64,000 nucleotides of DNA from an uncultured beta proteobacterium (GCA_963789885.1 CAWBNB010000049.1:1304-65303); one strand, 5' to 3'. Shown: positions 1 through 12,555, counted from the first letter of the stretch. The notes: a model not told the origin generated them from the sequence alone. Numbers and translations: made by a program.

Positions 1-1233
1 CTCGATCGCGGGGCGCTGCGCTCCTATCCGGGCAACTTCACCGCCTTCGAGTCGCGCCGGCGCGACGAGCTCGCCGCCGAAGAGCTCGCCAACCGCCGCT
101 TCGACAAGTTCTGGGCGCAGGAGGAGCTCTGGATCCGCAAGGGCGTCGAGGCGCGCCGCACACGCAACGAAGGCCGCGTGAAGCGCCTGGAGGCGCTCCG
201 CACCGAGCGCACCGCTCGCCGCGAGCGCCTGGGCAACATCAAGCTCACGCTCGACGCGGGCGAGCGCTCCGGCCGGCTGGTCGCCGAGCTGAAGGGCGTC
301 GGCAAGCGATTCGGCGAGCTCGTGATCGTGCACGACCTGTCGATGCGGATCATGCGCGGCGATCGCATCGGCCTCATCGGCCCGAACGGCGCGGGCAAGA
401 CCACGATGATCCGGCTCATCCTCGGCACACTCGCACCCGACACGGGCACCGTGCGCCTGGGCACCAACCTCCAGGTCGCGTACTTCGACCAGATGCGCGA
501 GCAGCTCGACCCCGAGCGGACCGTCGCCGACACGATCAGCCCGGGGTCGGACTGGATCGCCGTCGGCGGCGGCCGGAAGCACGTGATGAGCTATCTCGCC
601 GAGTTCCTGTTTCCGCCACGCCGCGCGCAGGCGAGGGTCGCGAGCCTCTCCGGCGGGGAGCGGAACCGGCTCCTCCTCGCGCGGCTGTTCGCGCAGCCGG
701 CCAACCTGCTCGTGCTGGACGAGCCCACCAACGATCTCGACATCGAGTCGCTCGAGCTGCTGGAGGCGACGCTGCAGGAGTACGCCGGCACGCTCCTCCT
801 CGTCAGCCATGACCGCGCATTCCTCGACAACGTGGTGACGCAGACGCTGGTGGCCGAAGGCGGCGGAAAGTGGCGCGAGTACGTCGGCGGCTACAGCGAT
901 TGGCTCGCGCAGCGTCCGGCCGCCGCATCCATGCCGGCTTCCCCGGCGCCGTCCGAACGCGGCGACCGCAAGCCCTCACGCCAGCCGCAGAAAGTGAAGC
1001 TCACGTTCAAGGAGCAGCGCGAGCTGGAATCGCTGCCGTCCGAGATCGAGGCGCTCGAGCGCGAACAGCACGACCTGACGGCGCGAATGGCGAGCGCCGA
1101 CTACCACAAGCAAGGTCACGAGAAGAGCAAGGCGGATCGCCAGCGTGCCGAGGAGATCGAGCGGCTGCTCGAGCGCGCCTTCGAGCGGTGGGGCGCGCTG
1201 GAGGAGAAGGCCAAAGCGGCCGCGGCGGGGTGA
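1..1233 (+). CDS. uup: ABC-F family ATPase, Uup-like (5' end outside the window)
   Basis: Frame 1 is open from base 1. Second ABC module has Walker A GPNGAGKTT, signature LSGGERNRL and Walker B LLVLDEPTNDLD, followed by a charged coiled-coil tail. Confidence 0.85.
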   Translation, partial: LDRGALRSYPGNFTAFESRRRDELAAEELANRRFDKFWAQEELWIRKGVEARRTRNEGRVKRLEALRTERTARRERLGNIKLTLDAGERSGRLVAELKGVGKRFGELVIVHDLSMRIMRGDRIGLIGPNGAGKTTMIRLILGTLAPDTGTVRLGTNLQVAYFDQMREQLDPERTVADTISPGSDWIAVGGGRKHVMSYLAEFLFPPRRAQARVASLSGGERNRLLLARLFAQPANLLVLDEPTNDLDIESLELLEATLQEYAGTLLLVSHDRAFLDNVVTQTLVAEGGGKWREYVGGYSDWLAQRPAAASMPASPAPSERGDRKPSRQPQKVKLTFKEQRELESLPSEIEALEREQHDLTARMASADYHKQGHEKSKADRQRAEEIERLLERAFERWGALEEKAKAAAAG

Positions 1234-1292
1234 CGCCATCGAGTCACTCCGCATCGGCGCCGCGCTCTCGTCAGCGCATCCCGCCGCGGTGC

Positions 1293-1706
1293 TCAGCCGA
1301 GCACCGCCACCGCCTCGATCTCGACCATCATGTCCGGGTGAGCGAGCCGGCTCACCTCCAGCGTCGTGCTCGTCGGCCAGCCCGGCCCGAAGTACTCGTG
1401 CCGGATGTCCGCGCACGTGAAGAACGCGTCCATGTCGGTGACGTAGGTGTTCGTCTGGACGACGTCCTCCCAGCTCGCGCCCGCCTCGGCCAGCGCGGTC
1501 CCGATGTTCTCGCACACCTGGCGGAACTGGGCGCGCATGTCGCCTTTCCCGACGACGTTGCCGTCCTTGTCCCACGCGAGCTGGCCGGACAGGAAGACGA
1601 GCCGTTTGCCCTCCACCGACACCGCGTGCGGGAAGATCGATTTGCCGTTCAGGATCCGCGAGTGCAGCCTGTTGCTCACGACGTGCTGCTTCCGAGCGCT
1701 TGCCAT
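1293..1706 (-). CDS. RidA/YjgF family protein
   Basis: 137 aa. Typical RidA layout (LVFLSGQLAWD..., TNTYVTDM..., EIEAVAVL C-terminus). Confidence 0.85.
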   Translation of the reverse strand: MASARKQHVVSNRLHSRILNGKSIFPHAVSVEGKRLVFLSGQLAWDKDGNVVGKGDMRAQFRQVCENIGTALAEAGASWEDVVQTNTYVTDMDAFFTCADIRHEYFGPGWPTSTTLEVSRLAHPDMMVEIEAVAVLG

Positions 1707-1828
1707 GCGTTTTCCTCCGGTTGATCGCCGGGCAGCGTAACCCGTATTCGCGCGCCGGTCCCGCGTTGATTCTCCCCGCGATCGGCGCTAGATTCGCCGC
1801 TCCGCTCCCGGCTACCCGTTCGATCCCC

Positions 1829-2764
1829 ATGAACTCGACTCCCTGGCCGCGCGTCGCCGTGCTCGGCGCCGGCGCCGTCGGCTGCTACTTCGGGGGGATG
1901 CTCGCGCGCGCCGGCGCCCCGGTGACGCTGATCGGGCGGCCCGCGCACGTCGACGCGGTCCGGCGCGACGGCCTCCTCCTCGACACGCTGCAGTTCCGCG
2001 AGCGCGTGCCGGTCGCCGCGTCCACCGACGCCGGGGCCGTCGCCGGCGCGGCTTTCGTCCTCGTCGGGGTGAAATCCGGCGACACCGAGACGGCGGCACG
2101 GTCGATAGCACCCCATCTCGTGCGCGGCGCCACGATCGTCAGCCTGCAGAACGGGGTGGACAACGCCGCCCGGATGCGGCCGCTCGTCGATGCCGAGGTG
2201 GTGGCCGCGGTCGTGTACGTCGGCTGCCAGATGGCGGGGCCGGGGCATGTGCGGCACACCGGCCGCGGCGATCTCGTGGTCGGCGGGTCGGGCGGCGCGG
2301 GAATGGAGCGCGCCGCAGCGGTCGCGGCGCTCTTCGAACGCGCCGGGGTGCCCTGCCGCGTATCGGACAACGTCGATGGCGAGCTGTGGACGAAGCTCAT
2401 CATCAACTGCGCCTACAACGCCGTCTGTGCGCTTTCACGCCTCCCCTACGGTCCGATGATCGCGAGCCCATGGTCGCGCGAGGTGATGCCGCAGGTCGTG
2501 GACGAGGCCGTGGCGGTGGCGCGCGCCGAAGGCGTGCGCCTCGACACCGACGACCTGATGGGGCGCGTCTGGAAGATCGGCGAGGCGATGCCGGCGCAGA
2601 TCTCCTCCACCGCGCAGGACATCGGGTTCGGAAAGCCGACCGAGATCGACGCCCTGAACGGCTACGTCGCCAGGCGTGGCGAGGCGCTCGGCGTGCCGGC
2701 GCCGGTGAACCGTACGCTGCATGCGCTGGTGAAGCTCCTCGAGCTGGCGGCGCGGAAGGGCTGA
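1829..2764 (+). CDS. 2-dehydropantoate 2-reductase (PanE/ApbA) family oxidoreductase
   Basis: N-terminal Rossmann motif VAVLGAGAVGCYFGG. Start moved to the internal ATG at 1829 because the upstream part of the ORF is non-protein-like. Confidence 0.8.
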   Translation: MNSTPWPRVAVLGAGAVGCYFGGMLARAGAPVTLIGRPAHVDAVRRDGLLLDTLQFRERVPVAASTDAGAVAGAAFVLVGVKSGDTETAARSIAPHLVRGATIVSLQNGVDNAARMRPLVDAEVVAAVVYVGCQMAGPGHVRHTGRGDLVVGGSGGAGMERAAAVAALFERAGVPCRVSDNVDGELWTKLIINCAYNAVCALSRLPYGPMIASPWSREVMPQVVDEAVAVARAEGVRLDTDDLMGRVWKIGEAMPAQISSTAQDIGFGKPTEIDALNGYVARRGEALGVPAPVNRTLHALVKLLELAARKG

Positions 2765-3038
2765 TTCCGTCTGGCGGGGCCGGGTGCGAGATCGGGATTT
2801 CACGCCCGACGTGCCGCGGTCCAGGTCGGGTGCAACGGGGTCGCGTCGCGCATTAAGTAAGCCGCGTCCCGGGGGGACGCTCGCCCATGCGGGTTTCCCG
2901 CGGAAGGAATATGTTTGGTGGGTAGCTGTCCACATCCGCTGAAGCAGGACGGCCTCGAGCTCGTGTGAACGAAGCGTCCGGCCCGGCCGAGGTCGGGCCG
3001 GACGCGGCCGCACCGACAACAAGGGATAGGGAGGAAGC

Positions 3039-5174
3039 GTGGGAACAGTGAAAACGCCGTCTCGGCGGACGGCAGCATGCGCAGCACTTATCGTGGCGGG
3101 CCTGGTCGGCGCCGTCCACGCGCAGGACAAGTCGAAACCGGCGGTCGGCGTCGGCCGGTCCGAGCTCGGTGGCGTGGTCGCGGGCAGGGCCGGGCCCGAG
3201 GCCGGCGTCTGGGTGATCGCGGAGACGACCGATCTGCCCACGAAGTTCGCGAAGATCGTCGTCACCGACGATCAGGGGCGCTATCTCATCCCCGATTTGC
3301 CGCCGGCGAGCTACGCAGTCTGGGTGCGCGGCTACGGGCTGGTCGACTCGCCGAAGGTCAAGGCGACGCCCGGCAAGACGCTGAACCTCAAAGCGGTCGT
3401 CGCGCCTTCGCCCAGGGAGGCGGCGCAGTACTACCCGGCGATCCACTGGTTCGCGCTCCTGCGCGTGCCGCAGGCGAACGAGTTCCCGCTCGGGCCGGTG
3501 ACGAGCCAGGGCCAGTGGCTGAACACCATCAAGAGCGGCGCGTGCCAGTCGTGCCACGCGCTCGGGACGCCCGGCATGCGCACCGTGCCGGAGGCGTTCG
3601 CGAAGGCCGGCAGCTCGGTCGAGGCGTGGCGCCAGCGACTCCGCGCGGGCAGCGCACAGGCGCTGATGGCGCGCGATATCAGCCGGCTCGACGGCGAGCG
3701 CGCGATCAAGCTGTTCGCCGATTGGACTGACGCCATCAAGGCGGGCGAGCTGCCGTTCTCGAAGCCCGATCGCCCGCAGGGCGTCGAGCGCAACGTCGTC
3801 GTGACGCTCTGGGACTGGAGCCGGCCGACCGCTTACCTGCACGACCTCGTCTCGACCGACCGGCGCGACCCGCGCGTGAACGCCGGCGGCAAGGCGTACG
3901 GTTCGACCGAGGACAGCACCGACCTCATCCCGGAGCTCGATCCGCAGACGCACACCGCGAAGGAGATCCCGCACCCGGTTCGCGACCCCGCCACGCCTTC
4001 CTCGAAGGGCGCGCCGTTCGGGCCCTCCGCGTGGTGGGGGCCGGCGCCGATCTGGGACAGCAAGACCCTCAACCACAACCCGATGATGGACGAGAAGGGC
4101 CGGGTGTGGCTCACCTCGCGCGTGCGTCCCAACGCGAATCCGGCGTTCTGCAAGACCGGGTCGGATCATCCGTCGGCGAAAGCGTTCCCGCTGAACGGCG
4201 AGGCGAACCGGCACCTGTCGATGTACGACCCCGCCACCGGTCAGTGGAAGCTGATCAGCACGTGCTTCCCGACGCATCACCTCAATTTCGCCTACGACTC
4301 CGACCACACGCTGTGGACGAGTCCCGGCGTCGTCGGTCCGGGCGTCATCGGCTGGCTCAATCGCCGGCTGTACGAGGAGACCGGGGACGAAGTCCGATCC
4401 CAGGGCTGGTCGCCGCACGTGCTCGACACGAACGGCAACGGCCGGCGGGACGAGTACGTGGAGCCCGACCAGCCGGTCGACCCGGCGAAGGACAAGCGCG
4501 TCGCGCTGAACCTGTACGCGGTCGCGGTGAGCCCGTCCGACGGCACGATCTGGGGCACTGCGATCGGTTACCCCGGACAGGTGGTCCGCGTCGTGCCGGG
4601 GCGCGATCCCACGCACACCGCGATCACCGAGGTGTACGAGCCGCCGCTGCCCGGATTCGGGCCGCGCGGCGGCGATATCGACATGGACGGCGTCTACTGG
4701 GTGGCGCTCGCGAGCGGGCATCTCGGGCAGTTCGACCGCCGCAAGTGCAAGGTCCTGAACGGTCCGACCGCCACCGGCGCGCACTGCCCCGAAGGCTGGA
4801 CCCTGCACCGGTTCCCGGGGCCGCAGCTGCGCGACGTGAAGACCCCGGGCAGCGCCGAGGCAAGCTACTACGTCTGGGTGGATCACAAGGGCATCCTCGG
4901 GCTCGGCCGCAACGTGCCGATCGCGATGGGCAACCTGAGCGACTCGATCTACGCCTTCGTGGAGGGCAGGTTCGTGAGCTTCCGCGTGCCGTATCCGTCC
5001 GGCATGTTCGCGAAGAACGTCGACGGGCGCATCGACGATCCGAACGCCGGCTGGAAGGGACGCGCGATCTGGACCACCTTCGGCAGCCGGACGCCCTTCC
5101 ACCTGGAGGGCGGGAAGGAGAACCGGCCGCGCGTGGTGAAGTTCGAGCTGCGCCCGGATCCGCTCGCGCGGTAG
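3039..5174 (+). CDS. Secreted protein with carboxypeptidase-regulatory-like domain, one CxxCH haem-c motif and a repeat/propeller-like C-terminal region
   Basis: Signal peptide ending AVHA-QD. CarboxypepD_reg-like segment (VVTDDQGRYLIPDLPPASYAVWVRGYG). CQSCH at nt 3543-3557. GGGAGGA Shine-Dalgarno (SD) sequence before the GTG start. Confidence 0.7.
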   Translation: MGTVKTPSRRTAACAALIVAGLVGAVHAQDKSKPAVGVGRSELGGVVAGRAGPEAGVWVIAETTDLPTKFAKIVVTDDQGRYLIPDLPPASYAVWVRGYGLVDSPKVKATPGKTLNLKAVVAPSPREAAQYYPAIHWFALLRVPQANEFPLGPVTSQGQWLNTIKSGACQSCHALGTPGMRTVPEAFAKAGSSVEAWRQRLRAGSAQALMARDISRLDGERAIKLFADWTDAIKAGELPFSKPDRPQGVERNVVVTLWDWSRPTAYLHDLVSTDRRDPRVNAGGKAYGSTEDSTDLIPELDPQTHTAKEIPHPVRDPATPSSKGAPFGPSAWWGPAPIWDSKTLNHNPMMDEKGRVWLTSRVRPNANPAFCKTGSDHPSAKAFPLNGEANRHLSMYDPATGQWKLISTCFPTHHLNFAYDSDHTLWTSPGVVGPGVIGWLNRRLYEETGDEVRSQGWSPHVLDTNGNGRRDEYVEPDQPVDPAKDKRVALNLYAVAVSPSDGTIWGTAIGYPGQVVRVVPGRDPTHTAITEVYEPPLPGFGPRGGDIDMDGVYWVALASGHLGQFDRRKCKVLNGPTATGAHCPEGWTLHRFPGPQLRDVKTPGSAEASYYVWVDHKGILGLGRNVPIAMGNLSDSIYAFVEGRFVSFRVPYPSGMFAKNVDGRIDDPNAGWKGRAIWTTFGSRTPFHLEGGKENRPRVVKFELRPDPLAR

Positions 5175-5195
5175 CCGGAGGACCTCCGCGGGGCG

Positions 5196-6101
5196 TCAGC
5201 CTGCGGCGGCCGCCCCGCCGAGCCGCATCTGCGCGAGCACCGCGCGGCCGACCGGCCCGTGCGGGTTCGCGATCGTCTCGGCGATCTCGAAGTGGTTGTA
5301 GTGCTCGGCAGCGACGAGCTCTACCGGCTTGCCCGCTTTGCGCAGCGCCGCGGCGAATTCCCGCGACTGGCGCTGGAACTCCGGTGTCTCCAGCGTGCCG
5401 TAGACGAGCACGATCGGCGCGCGGATCGCATCGACATGTCGTTGCGGCGAGAGCGCCGCTTCCATCTCGTCGGTGAACCTTACGTACCGGCTACGCTTGG
5501 AGAGCCGCGGGCCGCGCAGGTCGTACATGCCGCTCGTCAGCGTGTACCCCTTTACTGTATCGGCCGGCAGCCCGAAGTCGCGTTCCCAGCCGGTGATCGC
5601 GACGATGCCGCCGAGGTGCGCGCCCGACGAGCTGCCCGAGACATACAGCCGGGTCGCGTCGCCGCCGAAGCGCGCGGCGTTGCGATGGACCCAGGCCACC
5701 GCGCGCCGCACCTGATCGGCCATCACGAACAGGCTGCCGCCGGCTTCCTCGACGTTGTCGAAGTCCGGGACCACGTAATGCGCGCCGGCGAGGACGAACA
5801 TCTCGGCCGGATAGCCGTAGTCGCGCGCGCGGCCCGCGCGCCACGCGCCGCCGTGGAGATACACGTTGATCGGCGCGTTCGGAAGGGACGTGCGGTAGAC
5901 GTCCAGCTGCTCGATCGGCGTCGGGCCGTAGGCGAAGCGCCCCGGCGCGCCGAGGCGTTGGCGTACGAGCTCGCTCGCGTGTGCGATGCGCGCGAGGAGC
6001 TGCTGCCGGTTGGGCGCGTAGACCGACTGGTCGTAGGCGTCGTCGAGCGCCTTCTGGTCGTAATCGAGGAAGACCTTCGGCCCGCTCGGCGCCGCGGTCA
6101 T
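5196..6101 (-). CDS. Alpha/beta hydrolase (esterase/lipase fold-3 type)
   Basis: HGG oxyanion motif (YLHGGAW) and nucleophile elbow GSSSG. Confidence 0.85.
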   Translation of the reverse strand: MTAAPSGPKVFLDYDQKALDDAYDQSVYAPNRQQLLARIAHASELVRQRLGAPGRFAYGPTPIEQLDVYRTSLPNAPINVYLHGGAWRAGRARDYGYPAEMFVLAGAHYVVPDFDNVEEAGGSLFVMADQVRRAVAWVHRNAARFGGDATRLYVSGSSSGAHLGGIVAITGWERDFGLPADTVKGYTLTSGMYDLRGPRLSKRSRYVRFTDEMEAALSPQRHVDAIRAPIVLVYGTLETPEFQRQSREFAAALRKAGKPVELVAAEHYNHFEIAETIANPHGPVGRAVLAQMRLGGAAAAG

Positions 6102-6105
6102 CGCC

Positions 6106-7077
6106 TCAATCCACCTTCGCGCCGCTCGCCCGCACGATCGGGGCGATGCGCGCGATCTCGGCTTTCAGGTTGGCGGCGAACTCGCCGGAGGTGTTGCCGA
6201 CCGGGATCAAGCCGTTGAGCGCGAACTGCTCGCGGACCGAGGCCGACGCGAGCGCGGCGCGCGCGTCGGCCTCGAGCTTTCCCACGATCGCGGGCGGCGT
6301 GCCTTTCGGCGCGAGCAGCGCGCTGCCGCCGCCGAAGTCGTAACCCTTCAGGCCGGACCCGTCCAGCGTCGGCACCTCCGGGGCGGTGGCGAGGCGGGTC
6401 TTCGTCGTGACCGCGAGCGCGACCAGCTTGCCGGCCTTCACGTAGGGCAGCACGAGCGGCGCGTTCTGGAACGCGAGCTCGATCTGGCCGGCGACGAGCT
6501 CGGTCGTCATCTGCGAGCTCGATTTGTACGGGATGTGCTGCAGGTCCACGCCGGCCATGCGCTTGAAGAGCTCCGCCGACAGGTGCTGCGACGAGCCGCT
6601 GCCGGCCGAGCCGAAGCGCAGCTTGCCCGGGTTGGCCTTCGCGTAGGCGATCAGCTCCTTCGTCGATTTCACCGGCACGCTCGGATGCACCACGAGGATG
6701 TTGGGGGTGTGCGAGATCTGCGTGATCGGCTCGAAGTCGCGCACGATGTCGTACGGCAGGCCCGGGTACAGCGACGGATTGATGTAGAGCGGCCCGGCCG
6801 AGGCCATCAGCAGGGTGTAGCCGTCCGGTGGCGACTTCGCGACGCGTTCGGGCGCAATGTTGCCGCCGCCGCCGGGCAGGTTTTCGATGACCCAGACGTA
6901 GCCGTTCGCCTCGGTCATCTTGTGCGTCACGAGGCGAATCTGGATGTCGGGCGACCCGCCCGCCGAGGACGAAACGACGATGCGGACCGGCTTGGCGGGG
7001 TAGTCCTGCGCGGCCGCCGAGGCGGCGAACACACCCAGCGCGACGCCGGCGGCGAGAAGGATACGCAAATCTCGCAT
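6106..7077 (-). CDS. Bug/TctC family tripartite tricarboxylate transporter substrate-binding protein
   Basis: Signal peptide followed by the family hallmark [10 protein letters not shown]..., PPDGYTLL and [11 protein letters not shown]. Confidence 0.9.
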   Translation of the reverse strand: MRDLRILLAAGVALGVFAASAAAQDYPAKPVRIVVSSSAGGSPDIQIRLVTHKMTEANGYVWVIENLPGGGGNIAPERVAKSPPDGYTLLMASAGPLYINPSLYPGLPYDIVRDFEPITQISHTPNILVVHPSVPVKSTKELIAYAKANPGKLRFGSAGSGSSQHLSAELFKRMAGVDLQHIPYKSSSQMTTELVAGQIELAFQNAPLVLPYVKAGKLVALAVTTKTRLATAPEVPTLDGSGLKGYDFGGGSALLAPKGTPPAIVGKLEADARAALASASVREQFALNGLIPVGNTSGEFAANLKAEIARIAPIVRASGAKVD

Positions 7078-7103
7078 GCTCCCGAGAGCGTGCTGGCGGC
7101 CGC

Positions 7104-9254
<2,151 letters not shown>

Positions 9255-9302
9255 GGGGGAGGGGATTATCCCCTCGTCAGAGCCTCCGCGAGCGCCGGAA
9301 GT

Positions 9303-9755
9303 TCACTCTCGCCCGGCCCGCGCCAGCAGCCGGTCGAGCTGATTGGCGAAGCGCTGTCGGTCGCCGTGCGCGAGCGGCGGCGGGCCGCCGGTCTGCACGC
9401 CGCTCGCGCGCAGCTCGTCCATGAAGTCGCGCATGGTGAGCCGCTCGCGGATCGTGTCCGCCGAGTACATCTCGCCGCGGGGGTCGAGCGCGTGGCCGCC
9501 GCGCTCGATCACCTGGGCTGCGAGCGGGATGTCGGCGGTGACGACGAGATCGCCCGCCTGGACCCGGTTCGCGATCTCGTTGTCCGCGACGTCGAACCCG
9601 CGCGGCACCTGGAGCGTGCGGATGTAGGGCGACGGTGGCGTGCGCAGCGGCTGGTTGGCGACCAGGGTCAATTGCACCCGCGCGCGCTCGGCGGCGCGGT
9701 AAAGGATCTCCTTCACCGCGGCGGGGCAGGCATCGGCGTCGACCCAGATGTTCAT
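9303..9755 (-). CDS. yaiI: YaiI/YqxD (UPF0178, DUF188) family protein
   Basis: Family-typical start [11 protein letters not shown] at the ATG at 9755. The upstream ORF extension is not protein-like. Confidence 0.8.
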   Translation of the reverse strand: MNIWVDADACPAAVKEILYRAAERARVQLTLVANQPLRTPPSPYIRTLQVPRGFDVADNEIANRVQAGDLVVTADIPLAAQVIERGGHALDPRGEMYSADTIRERLTMRDFMDELRASGVQTGGPPPLAHGDRQRFANQLDRLLARAGRE

Positions 9756-9870
9756 CGCATGCGAGCATGCCTGACTCGCTCCCGACCGTCGATGAGGAAT
9801 CGCGCATCGGACCTTGATTATCCATCGCTCTGGCATTACCGTGGTGACCGCCTTCCCGAAGGATGTTGTT

Positions 9871-10119
9871 ATGACCTCGGCGAACGCCCTCAAGTTGGCC
9901 GAGATGCGCGAAGCGTTTATCGCCGGAGCTGAGGCGTCGGCCGCGGAGATCGACGCAGGCGCGCCGCTCTACGCGGCTGAGGATGTGCATGCGTACATCA
10001 CTGCGCGTGCAGCCGTGAGGACCGCGGTGCAGCCGAGACCGATCCGCATGGCTCGTCGGTGGCGCTTCCCACAATCCGCAGCCAGATCGAAGAAGCGCAG
10101 AAGCCCCGCGCAGTCTTAG
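9871..10119 (+). CDS. Hypothetical small protein, possibly a ParD-like antitoxin C-terminal remnant
   Basis: [17 protein letters not shown]...[12 protein letters not shown] resembles the C-terminal half of COG3609/ParD antitoxins. No ribbon-helix-helix N-terminus, and the tail is Arg-rich and non-protein-like. Confidence 0.25.
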   Translation: MTSANALKLAEMREAFIAGAEASAAEIDAGAPLYAAEDVHAYITARAAVRTAVQPRPIRMARRWRFPQSAARSKKRRSPAQS

Positions 10120-10228
10120 GACGGATCACCGCGACGTCCCCTCGGAATGACCCGTCGGCCGGGAGGTTCCGCGAGGGAGCGCCCGTCGTCCGGCCACACC
10201 CGCCGTCGAAAGAAGCGCCCTCGTCTCC

Positions 10229-11086
10229 TCAGCGCTTGACGATCACAACCTCGAGGTACTCACCTGGTACGACAAGCGAGTCGGGGCCGCCGACGTTCCA
10301 CCGCTCCAGCAGCGCCGCGAGGTCGGCCGCCAGCGCGCTTTGCCGGGAGGCGTCGAGCCCGGCGAACGCCTTGTGCGTCGGACCGTAGTAGTCGCGGAAG
10401 ATCTGGATCCAGTGCGCCGCGGAGCGGTAGCGGAAGACGAAGTTCTTGCGCACGGTCCGGATGTCGAGCGCCTGCGGGCCGAACAGCTCCACGAGGTGAG
10501 GCTCGGTGCCCCACAGCATCGGGGACTTGATTCCGGCGGGCGGCGGCACGTACGCGCCGATGACCCTGAAGAGCTCGCCGAGGAACCCTTCCGGGGTCCA
10601 ATTCGCGAGGCCGATGCGGCCGCCGCTCCGCACGACGCGCAGCATTTCCCGCGCCGGCCGGGTGTGATCGGGCGTGAACATCGCGCCGAACGTCGAGAGC
10701 GCGACGTCGAAGGTCGCGTCGCCGAACGGCAGGTCCTCCGCGTCGGCCACTTCGAACTCGACGTCGAGCCCCTCGGCGGCGGCCCGCGCCCGGCCGCGCT
10801 CGAGCAGCGCCGGCACGTAGTCCGTCGAGGTCACCTGCGCGAACCGGCGCGCCGCGGCGAGCGTGGCGTTGCCGTTGCCGGCCGCCACGTCGAGGACGCG
10901 CTCGCCGGCGCGGACGTCGGCGCTCTCCGCGAGCGATTCGCCGACGATCTGCAGCGTGGTGCCGATGACGGCAAAATCGCCGCTCGCCCAGGTTGCCTGC
11001 TGGCGCTGCTTGATGGCCGCGAGATCGGGCGCTTGCGGCGCGCCCGGATTGGCCCGCGAAGGGGCACGAAGATCGGCTGTGATCAT
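10229..11086 (-). CDS. Class I SAM-dependent methyltransferase
   Basis: Motif I VLDVAAGNGNATL, followed by acidic post-I and DVALSTFG motifs. Confidence 0.85.
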   Translation of the reverse strand: MITADLRAPSRANPGAPQAPDLAAIKQRQQATWASGDFAVIGTTLQIVGESLAESADVRAGERVLDVAAGNGNATLAAARRFAQVTSTDYVPALLERGRARAAAEGLDVEFEVADAEDLPFGDATFDVALSTFGAMFTPDHTRPAREMLRVVRSGGRIGLANWTPEGFLGELFRVIGAYVPPPAGIKSPMLWGTEPHLVELFGPQALDIRTVRKNFVFRYRSAAHWIQIFRDYYGPTHKAFAGLDASRQSALAADLAALLERWNVGGPDSLVVPGEYLEVVIVKR

Positions 11087-11269
11087 GACGGGGTCTCCTG
11101 AGTGTGGGGTTGAGCAAACGTTCGCAGCCGCGAACGCCTCGCATTGTTCGGATCGGCGGCGGTTGACGCTTCACCCGGCGTCGTGCAGATTTGCCCGCGC
11201 GTCCGCTTCTGCGGTGGCGCTTGCCCGAACGTCCGCCGCCCTTGCCCGGGAGTCCGGCGAAGCCGCTCG

Positions 11270-12274
11270 ATGACCCGCGATACGCTGTCCGACGTCCTGC
11301 GTTCCGTGCGCCTGCGCGGCGCGGTCTTCTATTACGTGAGCTGCGGCGAGGAATGGGCCGCCGAGGCGCCGGCGGCGAGAGAGATCGCCGACGCGGTCAT
11401 GCCCGGCGTCGAACACGTGATGGAGTATCACGTCGTCACGAAGGGCAGCGGCTGGGCGGCGATCGTCGGCGAGCCGCCGGTCCGGCTCGAGGAGGGCGAC
11501 ATCGTGATGTTCCCGCACGGCGACCCGCACGTGATGTCGAGCGCGCCCGGGCTGCGCCCCGCTCGCAGCGACGCCGAGTGGTTCTTCGCGACGCGCGACG
11601 ACCCGAAGCCCATCCCGGTCGCCTATCACAACGCGGAGAAGGACTCGATCGGCACGCCGTCGCCGGGCGCGCTGACCAACCTCGTCTGCGGATTCCTCGG
11701 TTGCGACCTCCGGCCGTTCAACCCGCTGGTGGCGACGCTGCCGCGGCTGCTCCGCGTCCGCGCGGCGGGCGACGGCGACTGGGTGGCGCAGGTGATGCAG
11801 CAGGCGGTCAACGCGTCGCAGAACCGGCGCCCCGGCGCCGAGGCGGTGCTGGAGCGGATGAGCGAAATGATGTTCGTGGACGCGGTGCGCCGCTACGTCG
11901 ACACGCTGCCCGAGGAGAGCAGCGGCTGGCTCGCCGCGCTGCGCGATCGCCACGTCGGGCGCGCCCTCGCGCTCCTGCACGGCGAGCCGGCGCGCGACTG
12001 GACGGTCGAGGCGCTCGCGGGCGAGGTCTCGCTGTCGCGGTCGGCCCTGTACGACCGGTTCGTGCAGCTGGTCGGCCGGCCGCCGATTCAATACCTCACG
12101 CAGTGGCGGATGCAGATCGCGGCGGGGCTGTTGCGCGAGACGTCCGCGCCGGTCGCCTCCGTCGCGCTCGAGGTCGGCTACGATTCGGAGGCGGCTTTCG
12201 CGCGCGCGTTCAAGCGGCTCACCGGCACGCCGCCCGCGGCATGGCGTAGGGAGCAACGGCCCCGGGGCGCCTGA
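11270..12274 (+). CDS. AraC family transcriptional regulator with N-terminal cupin domain
   Basis: N-terminus LSDVLRSVRLRGAVFY (AraC-cupin type). C-terminal double helix-turn-helix (HTH) (SLSRSALYDRFVQLVGRPPIQYLTQWRM...EAAFARAFKR). Start at the ATG at 11270. Confidence 0.85.
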   Translation: MTRDTLSDVLRSVRLRGAVFYYVSCGEEWAAEAPAAREIADAVMPGVEHVMEYHVVTKGSGWAAIVGEPPVRLEEGDIVMFPHGDPHVMSSAPGLRPARSDAEWFFATRDDPKPIPVAYHNAEKDSIGTPSPGALTNLVCGFLGCDLRPFNPLVATLPRLLRVRAAGDGDWVAQVMQQAVNASQNRRPGAEAVLERMSEMMFVDAVRRYVDTLPEESSGWLAALRDRHVGRALALLHGEPARDWTVEALAGEVSLSRSALYDRFVQLVGRPPIQYLTQWRMQIAAGLLRETSAPVASVALEVGYDSEAAFARAFKRLTGTPPAAWRREQRPRGA

Positions 12275-12304
12275 CCCCGCGCGAAGCGGGTTACCATTGA
12301 ACCA

Positions 12305-12520
12305 ATGACCCTGGCCAGGATCCTCGGTGTGCTGCTGATCGTCGCCGGCGTGGCGGGCCTGATCCTCGGCAGCTTCTCCTACACCAAGGAGACGCACCAG
12401 GCGAAGCTCGGCCCGATCGAGCTCTCGGTCAAGGAGAAGGAAACCGTCGCGATCCCGATCTGGGTCAGCGTGGCGGCGATCGCCGCCGGCACGGTCCTCC
12501 TGATCAACCGCAAACGCTGA
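12305..12520 (+). CDS. Small two-transmembrane-helix membrane protein (hypothetical)
   Basis: 71 aa with two hydrophobic helices flanking a charged loop. Confidence 0.55.
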   Translation: MTLARILGVLLIVAGVAGLILGSFSYTKETHQAKLGPIELSVKEKETVAIPIWVSVAAIAAGTVLLINRKR

Positions 12521-12555
12521 CGGCGTATCGCGAAAACCAACGCGAAGGTGAGCGC

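Noticed and set aside
2974-3005. Perfect 12-bp-stem hairpin GCGTCCGGCCCG-N8-CGGGCCGGACGC, considered as a terminator or riboswitch element
   Set aside because: It has no U-tract, sits more than 200 bp from the nearest upstream stop, and matches no conserved riboswitch core I can recognise. It is mentioned only as context for the 3039 gene.
2853-5102. 749-aa ORF on the minus strand
   Set aside because: It is antisense to the signal-peptide/CxxCH protein at 3039-5174. The translation is Arg/Ala/Pro/Gly-rich low-complexity sequence typical of off-frame ORFs in high-GC DNA, with no motif or SD.
10059-10388. 109-aa plus-strand ORF
   Set aside because: It is Ser/Pro/Arg-rich and runs antisense into the methyltransferase gene. 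There is no ParE-like or other signature.
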